Positions 30,120 to 39,463 of a stretch of 64,000 bases of DNA are shown in pieces. The notes beneath the pieces were generated by a model. The model was not told the DNA's origin. It did no database searches and saw only the letters and a list, made by a program, of their open reading frames with translations. The stretch lies in the NCBI GenBank assembly GCA_963714095.1, contig OY970230.1:134206-198205 (forward strand), in the 5' to 3' direction. This DNA is from Candidatus Gottesmanbacteria bacterium (GTDB taxonomy: Bacteria > Patescibacteriota > Microgenomatia > UBA10105 > UBA927). How positions within the stretch are numbered: position 1 is the stretch's first letter; each line of letters starts with the position of its first letter. The translations under genes and the position numbers were made by a program.

Positions 30120-31300
30120 CCTATTTGCACTATTCCTTTTGGATTTGCTACAGCTTTATCCATTCGTTGAAAATCTTCCATATATTCGCACACCCGACAT
30201 TTACTGCCCGGCGTCATATCCGGAAAATGACCTTTCCTGAACTCAGAATATTTTTTACCTTCCCAAATATCTGCAAATCGCTCAGACCTGATATTGCCCA
30301 TAATAAATTTATCTCTACTTGTATCAGCAAAAGGACCATTATCATCATAAAGATATAAACAGGGTCTGACGTTACCCTGGGGATCTATCATGACACTGTA
30401 TTCACCGATATGGCACTGAGGGTGATTTTGAGTCTTCAAATATGAAGAGGGCGCAAGTACATTGTTATCGAAATCTTCAACCCGGATTAAACCGTGTGCA
30501 GCATATTTTATTGCAGATGAAAGATCCACTTCAGTGACAGGATGTAGATTTTCCAATCTGGCGATAAAAGACTTTAATATATCGAACGCTGAGTGGTTAA
30601 GCTCGTATGATCCGGTTCCATGAACGAGCGCCATCCTGAGCGTATCAACCCCGATATGATCTATATCCTCTGCAGTAACCGCGGTCAAATCCCGAATATT
30701 ACCTTTTTGAATAGTAAAGTTTGCAGATATTCTTACGTGATTCGCATCTAACCCCCATTCATCACGTGCTTGTCTTAATCGATGGATTGATTGTAATGTT
30801 CTCCCAAATGCATCAAAGGTTCCGTCAGGCATTCTGATTCCGTTATGGCTATCCTTATTAAACCCATCAACTGAAAAGGCAACATCAGTTTCCGTATCAA
30901 GTACCGCCTGTATAACAGCATCATCTAATTTTATTCCCGCAGTATATAACTCCGGTTTTATTCCATTCGTCCGTATATCAGTCAAAATTTGAGGCAAGTC
31001 TTCTCTCATAACAGGCTCCGTCCCGACGAGGGTTATCTTTCTTGTATGAAGCGTTTGTAACTGATCCATCAAGTCATCAAGCTCGGAAGTATTTAATGCG
31101 TTCTCCGATGGAGCACCTGAAGAAATCCACTTGTGCCGATCGCACATTTGACACCTCAGATAACAGGCATAATTAATTTGTAAAATTACGTTATTCGGAC
31201 CGATAGTCGCTGGGAGTTCACCGCTTCTGGATAAATCCTGATATACGCGTTGATCGACCTCTTTAAGTGAATAAGGGTTATAACGAAAAGCTTCATTCAT
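30113..31300 (-). CDS. Radical SAM enzyme with Twitch/SPASM domain
   Basis: CYLRCQMC; C-terminal C..G...IDPQGNVRPC...GNI...W...CRVC. Confidence 0.88.
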   Translation of the reverse strand: MNEAFRYNPYSLKEVDQRVYQDLSRSGELPATIGPNNVILQINYACYLRCQMCDRHKWISSGAPSENALNTSELDDLMDQLQTLHTRKITLVGTEPVMREDLPQILTDIRTNGIKPELYTAGIKLDDAVIQAVLDTETDVAFSVDGFNKDSHNGIRMPDGTFDAFGRTLQSIHRLRQARDEWGLDANHVRISANFTIQKGNIRDLTAVTAEDIDHIGVDTLRMALVHGTGSYELNHSAFDILKSFIARLENLHPVTEVDLSSAIKYAAHGLIRVEDFDNNVLAPSSYLKTQNHPQCHIGEYSVMIDPQGNVRPCLYLYDDNGPFADTSRDKFIMGNIRSERFADIWEGKKYSEFRKGHFPDMTPGSKCRVCEYMEDFQRMDKAVANPKGIVQIGW

Positions 31301-31369
31301 AATTTGCGTTTAAATACAAAAACAGATAGTATTATATACTAAATTAGGTTGATATGACAATAAAAAGCT

Positions 31370-32254
31370 ATGGTCAAGCATGAAATGTTTTTACCAATTG
31401 AAGCCCCTGCATTTATCCGACACGCGCCACTGGATTTGAGCATTGTCATACGTTGCGGCAGAGACAAAAACGGACTAATCCGTTTTCTTACATCAGTTAA
31501 TGAAAACGTTGAAGTAGTCGTAAGCGCAGCAGAAGATGCTTCATTTATTCACGAATTTCAGGAAAAAGGGTACAAAATTGCTCCTCATACATACGGAAAC
31601 TGGAGCAGCGCCGCACAGGCGGGAATAAATGCATCTACCAATAATGACGTTATTATCATGGATTCTGATTCAGTTTTTGGTGAGGGCGCAATAAATACGA
31701 TTGATAAAGCACTTAAAGACGGTCACTTATTAGTACAACCAAGAATTATCTTTATGGATAACGGAACGCCGTTAAGTAAAATAATCGCACAGGCAAGAAC
31801 CTATGAAAACAGAAGAGTACCCAAATCATATTCTCCGGGTTTAGGATTGAAAGTGCAGGAATTGACTGAAAGAATCGGAGTCGGAGGAAACGTATATAAC
31901 TTATCGGTTGCCTACGGAGATGACGGAGATTTAGATCAACGAAGAAGAAATGCAGGCATAGACGTATATGTTGCGGAGGACGCATTAATATATTCAGATC
32001 CGAATACGCTTGAACATGAATTAAAAACAGCGTATCGTTTTGGAATCGGAGAAAGGCAATCGCAACAGGGAAAAACGAACCAAAAAAATATCGTTGATAT
32101 CATGAATGAGGAATTCTTTTCTAAAGAAGCTAAGGAATACTATATGAATCTTATACGACAGTTTGGCATACCAACTGCCATGTTTATGATGTTCTGCAGA
32201 TCCGCCTATGTCACTGGGTTTCAAACGGCGGGCAATATAAAAACTACCCTATGA
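31370..32254 (+). CDS. GT2-like (GT-A) glycosyltransferase
   Basis: LSIVI, IIMDSD (DxD), YGDDGDL. Confidence 0.65.
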   Translation: MVKHEMFLPIEAPAFIRHAPLDLSIVIRCGRDKNGLIRFLTSVNENVEVVVSAAEDASFIHEFQEKGYKIAPHTYGNWSSAAQAGINASTNNDVIIMDSDSVFGEGAINTIDKALKDGHLLVQPRIIFMDNGTPLSKIIAQARTYENRRVPKSYSPGLGLKVQELTERIGVGGNVYNLSVAYGDDGDLDQRRRNAGIDVYVAEDALIYSDPNTLEHELKTAYRFGIGERQSQQGKTNQKNIVDIMNEEFFSKEAKEYYMNLIRQFGIPTAMFMMFCRSAYVTGFQTAGNIKTTL

Positions 32255-33831
32255 ACGAACGACTACTATCAGGTCCCGTTGCGTACGCAGCCACACAATA
32301 TAAAGAATATAACACTACTGATCAGGCGAGTAAGCTTGAGCATTTAGATTCGGTTGGCAGAGCGTATATCGAACAAGGTCACGCTCCCTTTTATGATGCA
32401 CAATTTCTGGAACATCATATTGCGAAACTAAGAGAAGAACAAAGAGGTAACAATTTTTCTTTTACATGGATGCCGGAAAATCCCCACGGTAACTTTTTAA
32501 GGCAAAATACCCATCGTGATGGGTACATCATGCCCGAACCAGCGACGATTGAAAGTATCGAGAAGCTTATTCATGATGAACCGGATATACGAAATATTGT
32601 TTTTGCTGTATATTCCAACGGGTATAGTATTTTCAGAGATATTGCAACACATCTTCACAAAGAACATCCGCAAATCGAAATCGTCGCGGGAGCAGTAGGA
32701 TCGTTATATCGCGAAACACAACAATTAGCTCAGCATATCCTTGGGGGTAACCAGATTGATGATATGCGGAGATTACTTGGTGAACCGGTTTTAAATCCTC
32801 TTCACATATCCACTGCCCCATCTCATACGTCTACCACATATAACGGTGCTACGAAACAAAGCACATATGGAGTTATGATAAGCAGCTACGGTTGTCCATA
32901 TCGATGTGATTTTTGTCCGACTACAGCACAATATCAGGGTAAATACAGTACTCCGCATAGTGCGGATGAAATTGTGAAAGCCATACATGAAGCACACGAT
33001 GCTATCGCTCCTGATAAACCAATAATGTCACTCAGTATTGCTGACCCACAGGGTTTGGGCGATGTTCCTGTATGGAAGGAGGTTTTTCAAAGATGCCAAA
33101 ATACGGGTTTCATGGTAGAACTGGCGACAACGACATCTTCAAAAATATTAGAACAGTATTCTCCTGATGAACTAACGCAGGGAGATTTATACCTTTCGTG
33201 TGTGAATATAGGGGTTGAATCTATGATATCACCCTATGTAAAAAACCGCGGAATAGATTTGAGGAAAGAAATTGAAAAGTATCAGTCTGCCGGGATACGT
33301 ATAGCTGCAACATTTATCGTTGGGCATGATTGGCATAACCAAACAAATATTTGGGAGGACGTTGATAAAATTCAACAGTTAGGAGCGTCCGGCTATATCG
33401 TTTCCAATATGATGATGGAACGCGGGACAACTATTTTTAGTAAAATGCAAGCTGATGGAAGACTATTGGATGTGCCGCCTGAATTTGAGGCGACATACGG
33501 ATATCAGTCATTCAGACATCCGAACTTTGAACCGGGTTTCAATGCCATGGTTCCTATCCTTTCACAAATTGAAGCCAAGCTAAATCAAGGAATTGATGTT
33601 TTTACCGGTGATGAACACTTCTATCTTCAAAGGGTTAATGCGCGAATTACAGAAACTCAAACTCAATTAAGAACACGAATGAAAGAAATAGAGAGAACTG
33701 TTATGGCAGATAGTTCATTGCATCCGGATGCAAAAACTTCTGAAATCAAAAAACAACAGGTACAACTATACTATGATACTATTTTCAGGAATATTGACCT
33801 GTTTCACCCATATATAACCTGGAATGTCTAA
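32251..33831 (+). CDS. Radical SAM protein, possibly with B12-binding-like N-terminal region
   Basis: SSYGCPYRCDFC, IGVES, ATFIVG; about 200 aa N-terminal domain. Confidence 0.75.
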   Translation: MNERLLSGPVAYAATQYKEYNTTDQASKLEHLDSVGRAYIEQGHAPFYDAQFLEHHIAKLREEQRGNNFSFTWMPENPHGNFLRQNTHRDGYIMPEPATIESIEKLIHDEPDIRNIVFAVYSNGYSIFRDIATHLHKEHPQIEIVAGAVGSLYRETQQLAQHILGGNQIDDMRRLLGEPVLNPLHISTAPSHTSTTYNGATKQSTYGVMISSYGCPYRCDFCPTTAQYQGKYSTPHSADEIVKAIHEAHDAIAPDKPIMSLSIADPQGLGDVPVWKEVFQRCQNTGFMVELATTTSSKILEQYSPDELTQGDLYLSCVNIGVESMISPYVKNRGIDLRKEIEKYQSAGIRIAATFIVGHDWHNQTNIWEDVDKIQQLGASGYIVSNMMMERGTTIFSKMQADGRLLDVPPEFEATYGYQSFRHPNFEPGFNAMVPILSQIEAKLNQGIDVFTGDEHFYLQRVNARITETQTQLRTRMKEIERTVMADSSLHPDAKTSEIKKQQVQLYYDTIFRNIDLFHPYITWNV

Positions 33832-33888
33832 CGTCGTTCAGGTTGTCATTACGTGCCAAACTGTAGTAGAATCAGCCAAGGAATTACT

Positions 33889-34932
33889 ATGGTACGGAAT
33901 CTGGAAATCGAACCACGCAGGCTTATCGAAAATCAACGTACGTTGCCACCGATATGGTGGGACAGTTTGAACGGACTTACCGACCCTCATAAAGTATTAT
34001 TAGTTACTACTCCTTCTGCAGAGTTGCAGTTTAATCCAGTCTCAGCTGGATTTAATATTGTTGACCATCTGCACGTGGCAGATGAAACGCAAAAAACAGC
34101 AGACGAGATGCTACTCTACCCCGGCGATACTATTGAAAAAGTTTTCGCTGTGGGCGGCGGAAGAGCAATAGATATGGCAAAACTTATAGCCCACCGATGG
34201 GATAAAGAATTAATTGCCATTCCGACGATTCTTTCGACCGATGCGTTTCTGGTAAATTCTACGGGAGTGAGAACTGACGGATGCGTCAAATATATTCAAT
34301 CTAAACAACCTGATCTGATACTTTTCGACATGGATGTATTAAAACAAGCACCCTATGTATATCATGCTTCCGGTTGTTGTGATGTTCTCTCCATTGTTAC
34401 CGCCGTATCGGATTGGAAATTGGCTCATGACAAAGGTAAATTACTTCCCGATGAACCATATATCGAATCGGTTGCACAAACATCAAAAGCGATAGTGAGC
34501 TATCTATTTGAAAATGCTGAAAATATTTCTGCAAAAACTCCTGAAGGGCTTACTGCCATCATCAATGCTCTTTCTATGGAAGTTGAGTTATGTAATCTGT
34601 ATGGAAATAGCCGACCGGAAGAAGGCGGTGAACATTTTTTTGCATATGCTATTGAATCCCGTTTACCTCACGCAATACATGGAGAACTAGTAGGACTTGG
34701 TATTCTCTTAACTGCATATATGCAGCACCAACCATGGCAAGAGGTACAACATTTTATGGACAGCATCGGAATGAATTATCGCCCTCAAGGTATATCTACC
34801 CAGATAATCACTGACACACTGGAGGGAATGCGTGAGTATGTTGAACGTCATGCGCTTCGATACAGTATCTGGAATGAATATCATCATAATGAAAAAAACA
34901 TCCAGACATTTCTAAATGCCATACATTTATGA
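33889..34932 (+). CDS. sn-glycerol-1-phosphate dehydrogenase-like (EgsA/AraM, DHQS-like superfamily)
   Basis: VGGGRAIDMAK, PTILSTD, DWKLA, SRPEEGGEH, HGELVG. Confidence 0.75.
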   Translation: MVRNLEIEPRRLIENQRTLPPIWWDSLNGLTDPHKVLLVTTPSAELQFNPVSAGFNIVDHLHVADETQKTADEMLLYPGDTIEKVFAVGGGRAIDMAKLIAHRWDKELIAIPTILSTDAFLVNSTGVRTDGCVKYIQSKQPDLILFDMDVLKQAPYVYHASGCCDVLSIVTAVSDWKLAHDKGKLLPDEPYIESVAQTSKAIVSYLFENAENISAKTPEGLTAIINALSMEVELCNLYGNSRPEEGGEHFFAYAIESRLPHAIHGELVGLGILLTAYMQHQPWQEVQHFMDSIGMNYRPQGISTQIITDTLEGMREYVERHALRYSIWNEYHHNEKNIQTFLNAIHL

Positions 34933-35633
34933 ATGAAATACCACTAAAAACAACAGAACTTGAGGCGGTCATGAAAGGGTTAGAGCGACAATCAACAAAA
35001 CGGGTTGTCCTACTCTATTCCGGCGGCGCGGACAGTACTGCAGCAGGACTAAAACTTCGTGAAGACGGATATTCCGTCTACCCTATATTCTTTGACTATA
35101 ATCAAAGCGCCCGGGACGCAGAGCGTTTTCTTGTAAGTAATGCTCCCGATACACTTGGTTTTGAAAAAACGAAAATCGTGCGAACAGACTTACTTACAGA
35201 CCTAAGTCACAGCGCACTGCTTGGAGGCGACGCCAAAGATGACACATCGGCATGGGTTCCCGGTCGAAACACGCTTTTCATGATTGCTGCGGGCATTTAT
35301 GGACATCAGATAGATGCTGACGGCATCGCCATCGGATATATGCGTTCAGATGAAGGGGTATTCGGAGATTCAAATAAGCTGCATCACAAAATAGTAGAAA
35401 CACTTCTTGAAAAAACACTTTCCCGACCTATGGAAGTTCGCTTACCTTTGGCACAAATGACAAAAATGGACGTATTGCAGTACCTCAACGATCACAGAGT
35501 TATTGATCTTACCGTATCGTGTTGGAATGCAACACTTCAGGGTAATACAGTTCAAACGTGCCATACATGCGCAAACTGCGTCGAACGTGAAGAAAGCCTT
35601 CGTGGGATTATCTACCAATACGGTAAAAAATAG
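34929..35633 (+). CDS. queC: QueC-family ATP pyrophosphatase (7-cyano-7-deazaguanine synthase-like), divergent
   Basis: YSGGADS, FDYNQ, VPGRN, TVSCW...CHTCANCVER. Confidence 0.8.
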   Translation: MNEIPLKTTELEAVMKGLERQSTKRVVLLYSGGADSTAAGLKLREDGYSVYPIFFDYNQSARDAERFLVSNAPDTLGFEKTKIVRTDLLTDLSHSALLGGDAKDDTSAWVPGRNTLFMIAAGIYGHQIDADGIAIGYMRSDEGVFGDSNKLHHKIVETLLEKTLSRPMEVRLPLAQMTKMDVLQYLNDHRVIDLTVSCWNATLQGNTVQTCHTCANCVEREESLRGIIYQYGKK

Positions 35634-35676
35634 AGTTTAGATTGATTTTACGGTCTAAAAGCGTATAATATTCCCT

Positions 35677-36648
35677 ATGCCTGTCTCAGAAATTCTCAAA
35701 CGACTCGACGAATACGACATCCGTCCCAACGAACAACTTGGGCAACATATTCTCATTGACCCCAAATGGCTTGGCTATATTGCTGATCAAACCTGTCGTG
35801 GCGGACATGTTATAGAAATCGGAGCCGGACCAGGGAACCTGACTGAACCCATTGCGGCGCTCGCAAAATACGTTACTGCGATTGAACTGGATCGCCGATA
35901 TGAACCCATGTTGCAGGATCTTCATGAACGACATCCCAACGTAACCGTTATATTCGGGGACGCCATTAAGCAGGATTTTCGACAATTACAAAAACAATCT
36001 GATAGAACACTGCAGATTATCGGAAATATCCCCTATCACATTTCAGAACCGCTTATGAAAAAACTTACTGATGTCCCTATGGAAGATGCCGTGCTTACGG
36101 TCGGCGATAAACTGAGTGAAACATTACGGGAAACGAATCCTTCTAGCATTAATTTCACAAGACTTTCTCTTCTTGCATTAGGTTTTTTCGACGTAGATTT
36201 ATTAGCTAAAATTCCAAAAAGTGCCTTTTATCCAATGCCAAGGACAGAATCGCAAATCATAAGGATTACGCCGAAAATGAAAGCGGAATCATCCAATCCC
36301 GGTATTCGCGTTATTCAACAATTATTTCTAAGCGGTGATAGTTCATCAGTCGAAAATATTATGAGAACGGCACTCAACGGCGGAATATCGGATCGAAAGC
36401 TACGATACAAAGATGAACAGAATAGATACGAACGTCGGGAAACACGAAGATCGTTGGAAATGATGAGGCGCGGATATAATGCTTCTCAAGACCTCTCGGA
36501 AGAAGATGGGCAACAAGGCATGTCTAAAGATCCGATATCACTAATGAACATACCGGGACAGATTCTCACCCACAGATTTTCCAGTCTTAGCAATGACGAA
36601 GTGTGCACGCTCTCAAAAGCTATCTTAGACGTCTATCCAAGTCAATAA
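35677..36648 (+). CDS. KsgA/RsmA/Erm-family rRNA adenine methyltransferase
   Basis: LGQHILID, EIGAGPGNLT, IELD, GNIPYHIS, AFYPMP. Confidence 0.82.
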   Translation: MPVSEILKRLDEYDIRPNEQLGQHILIDPKWLGYIADQTCRGGHVIEIGAGPGNLTEPIAALAKYVTAIELDRRYEPMLQDLHERHPNVTVIFGDAIKQDFRQLQKQSDRTLQIIGNIPYHISEPLMKKLTDVPMEDAVLTVGDKLSETLRETNPSSINFTRLSLLALGFFDVDLLAKIPKSAFYPMPRTESQIIRITPKMKAESSNPGIRVIQQLFLSGDSSSVENIMRTALNGGISDRKLRYKDEQNRYERRETRRSLEMMRRGYNASQDLSEEDGQQGMSKDPISLMNIPGQILTHRFSSLSNDEVCTLSKAILDVYPSQ

Positions 36649-37399
36649 ATCCGGAACCTTTAGATTTTTCTATCAACTCTATTTCACGACTCCACTGTTC
36701 GTTCATGGCACATTTTTTACTCACCAAATCAGATACCATTTCTATTATCGGGTTGCTATCCTGATTATCTGATAAATTAATCTTCTTATCATCTATATAA
36801 ACCGACTTATTCAAAAGATCCAACACTATCTTCCCTTTTCGTTTCAAATAAATGGTTATCTCTCTTCTTGGATTGCCATATCCGCAATAAAGTTTCCAGG
36901 GAATTTTTTTCTTGGTTAAATAAAACCATAAATCAACATCGTGTATCCCTAGATCATATAACGGATCACATTCATAATCCCATGGTGGCTTCATTCCTAA
37001 TCGGTAACTTGTTATATAATCAATTTCTGACAGTTCAATAGTTTTCTTAAAATATTTGACGGCAGGATTATATCGTTCTAAAGTTGACTGATAAAAAAGT
37101 AATTTTTTCTCTTTGGCTAACGTTTCCAATTCTTTTGCATCGGATGATGAAAAACATACGGGCTTTTCGCATAAAACATTATATCCGTGTAACAGGAGCA
37201 TTTTTGAACATTTAAAATGTAATGGGGTTGGTGTCGCGACGATTGCAAAATCAACAGTCTCACCATATCGTATAAATTTTTCAACTGTATTGAAGTACAT
37301 CCCGTGAGATACCGGAAGGATATCCACGATGTATGTTGCATGAAGAAGGCTATCATAAAGTTTTCCCATTCTTCCGTAACCGATTATTGCTGTAGTCAT
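36620..37399 (-). CDS. Gfo/Idh/MocA oxidoreductase (GnnA/WbpB-like)
   Basis: IIGYGRMG, ATPTPLH, CEKP, ERYNPA, DLGIHDVD. Confidence 0.85.
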   Translation of the reverse strand: MTTAIIGYGRMGKLYDSLLHATYIVDILPVSHGMYFNTVEKFIRYGETVDFAIVATPTPLHFKCSKMLLLHGYNVLCEKPVCFSSSDAKELETLAKEKKLLFYQSTLERYNPAVKYFKKTIELSEIDYITSYRLGMKPPWDYECDPLYDLGIHDVDLWFYLTKKKIPWKLYCGYGNPRREITIYLKRKGKIVLDLLNKSVYIDDKKINLSDNQDSNPIIEMVSDLVSKKCAMNEQWSREIELIEKSKGSGFIDLDRRLR

Positions 37400-37403
37400 A
37401 CAA

Positions 37404-38459
37404 TTATTTATTCACAAAATCAGTAAGTTTTTTCGCAAGAGTCTGCCAAGACAGGTCTTTTACCAAATTCGTATTGTATATTCTGCAAGCAGCGTCCAAT
37501 AATACAGCCCGTTCGATACCTTTACGCCATGCATCAACAGTGGAAGCAACCAAATACCCGGTCTTTCCATTTTTCAACAGCCAGTCAATTCTTCCGGTTC
37601 CCATAACGATCGGTTTGCCGACGGCTAAATACTCGCTGATGGCAATGGGACTACAATCCGTTTCAACCGGGAATACAAGCACATCGGCGATATTTGTATA
37701 TTTAGGCACATCAGCATAGGAAACAGCACCGCAAAGAATAACATTTTTACGTTTTGGAATTTCCCTCTTCACAGGCCCGTCTCCTACGATAAGGAAAATA
37801 TAATTATCCGGAATTGCGCGTGCAATGAGTTTAATATGTTCATAAAACCTACCGAGCTTTCCCGTATATACAACGATCTTTTTATTGAGTAAATCAGTAT
37901 GGAATGTGCTTGAAAAATCTTTTTTCAATGCTACAACATCCGGCTGCGAGTACGGATAAAAAAGTGTTTTATCGTACCCATTAGGAATAACGATTACATC
38001 CTTTGTTTTTAATCCGGACTGCTGGAGCATTTTTAAATTTACTGGGGATTGAGAAACAACTTTGTTTGCTTTTTCCAAAAGGTATGAGAGTCCGTATTGT
38101 AATAAATAATACGTTGCGTTTATACCATATTCCTTCAGGTACATCTCGTTATACCAATCGATACTGTCAAATAGCAAAGAAATTTTACATGTTTCTTCTA
38201 TAAGCAACCCGCTCAGAGGATTATCTACCATCAAAAGATCGAATCGCCGGGTGCGCAGATATTTCTGCAAACGCTGTCTTTCGCGGATAACATCATCAAT
38301 TGAACAAATAACTGCATGGCGGAAAAAACTAAAAGAAATATCCGTACAATGTTGTGCTAAAAACTGTTCCCGCTGGGGAAATCCGGATACATACGACTGG
38401 CTGAAATTCTGTAAGCTTTGAGCATAAACTTTATCGCCGATTTTCAGTATCTTTTTCAT
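37404..38459 (-). CDS. GT4 family glycosyltransferase
   Basis: IPNGYD, YTGKLG, VGDGP, SPIAISEYLAVGKPIV. Confidence 0.85.
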   Translation of the reverse strand: MKKILKIGDKVYAQSLQNFSQSYVSGFPQREQFLAQHCTDISFSFFRHAVICSIDDVIRERQRLQKYLRTRRFDLLMVDNPLSGLLIEETCKISLLFDSIDWYNEMYLKEYGINATYYLLQYGLSYLLEKANKVVSQSPVNLKMLQQSGLKTKDVIVIPNGYDKTLFYPYSQPDVVALKKDFSSTFHTDLLNKKIVVYTGKLGRFYEHIKLIARAIPDNYIFLIVGDGPVKREIPKRKNVILCGAVSYADVPKYTNIADVLVFPVETDCSPIAISEYLAVGKPIVMGTGRIDWLLKNGKTGYLVASTVDAWRKGIERAVLLDAACRIYNTNLVKDLSWQTLAKKLTDFVNK

Positions 38460-39463
38460 TGAAACCATCCTTGTAATGCATGGGTAACTCTATGTATCTC
38501 CGCATGAGTAAGATTCCAACGGCATGGTATGGCAACGATAGAAGAAGTTACATCTTTATAGTTTTGTTTTTGATCATCGGGGAGCATGTCTTCGTCATAA
38601 TATACCAATGTTTGGATACCCTGTTTATCCATATATGTTCTAAATTTATTTCTATCCGTGATAAGCATATTAAAAACTGAATAGGTATGATAGGTGTTCG
38701 CTTCTTCCGCTAAAAACGGTTGATATCCCGGAATAACTTTTTTATACTCGTGTGCTATATCCCGCTGGGTTGCGATACGTGTGTCATACCCCTTAAGCTC
38801 TTTGAGAAGATATTCTGCTTTAATTTCATCAATACGCAGATTCAGTGCGATCGAATCTGTCATCGCTCCGTTTTCCCGCCCGGATTCTATAAATGTTTTC
38901 ATCTGCCGGTAATAGTGTTCATCACTCGTAACAACGGCTCCCGCGTGACCACAAGCATGAAGTGATTTGGTTGGATAAAAGCTGAAGCAACCTATTTTCC
39001 CGAAGGTACCCACAAATTTACCGTTAAACTTTGCTCCGAATGCCTGACAGGCATCCTCAATATAATTCTGCATTTTTATCTGACCAAGCAAATAATGTGG
39101 CTGACCGAAAAGATGAGTAATCGTCATCAAACTCGACCGTGATGGTATTCTGACATTCTTCTTCGGATTGTAAGGAATATACCGTTTAAAATTCACGGTA
39201 TACTGCAGCATTTTTGCCGGCTGATATGTTGCAGGGAACGTATATGGATCAACAGTTAAACTTTTATAGTTATCTTTCAACACCCAATACGCGGCAAGGA
39301 GCGCTGCCGTTCCGTTATTCGTTAATACAACGTACGGAGCATGGAGATATTCCTTTAATTTTTCCTCCAGCTCTTTTGTTTTTTTACCGTCAACCCACTT
39401 ACCGCTGTTATAGATATCACTTGTATAGTTCGAACCTAATTTATATATGGAAATATACTTCAT
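38456..39463 (-). CDS. DegT/DnrJ/EryC1/StrS PLP sugar aminotransferase
   Basis: NNGTAAL, EDACQAFG, FSFYPTKSL. Confidence 0.9.
   Translation of the reverse strand: MKYISIYKLGSNYTSDIYNSGKWVDGKKTKELEEKLKEYLHAPYVVLTNNGTAALLAAYWVLKDNYKSLTVDPYTFPATYQPAKMLQYTVNFKRYIPYNPKKNVRIPSRSSLMTITHLFGQPHYLLGQIKMQNYIEDACQAFGAKFNGKFVGTFGKIGCFSFYPTKSLHACGHAGAVVTSDEHYYRQMKTFIESGRENGAMTDSIALNLRIDEIKAEYLLKELKGYDTRIATQRDIAHEYKKVIPGYQPFLAEEANTYHTYSVFNMLITDRNKFRTYMDKQGIQTLVYYDEDMLPDDQKQNYKDVTSSIVAIPCRWNLTHAEIHRVTHALQGWFQ

Noticed and set aside
26539-35633. Dpd DNA-modification, Qat or type IV CBASS defence system
   Set aside because: No dpdA/TGT, QatA ATPase, TatD or effector gene seen; the nucleotidyltransferase is short and lacks an N-terminal Gly.
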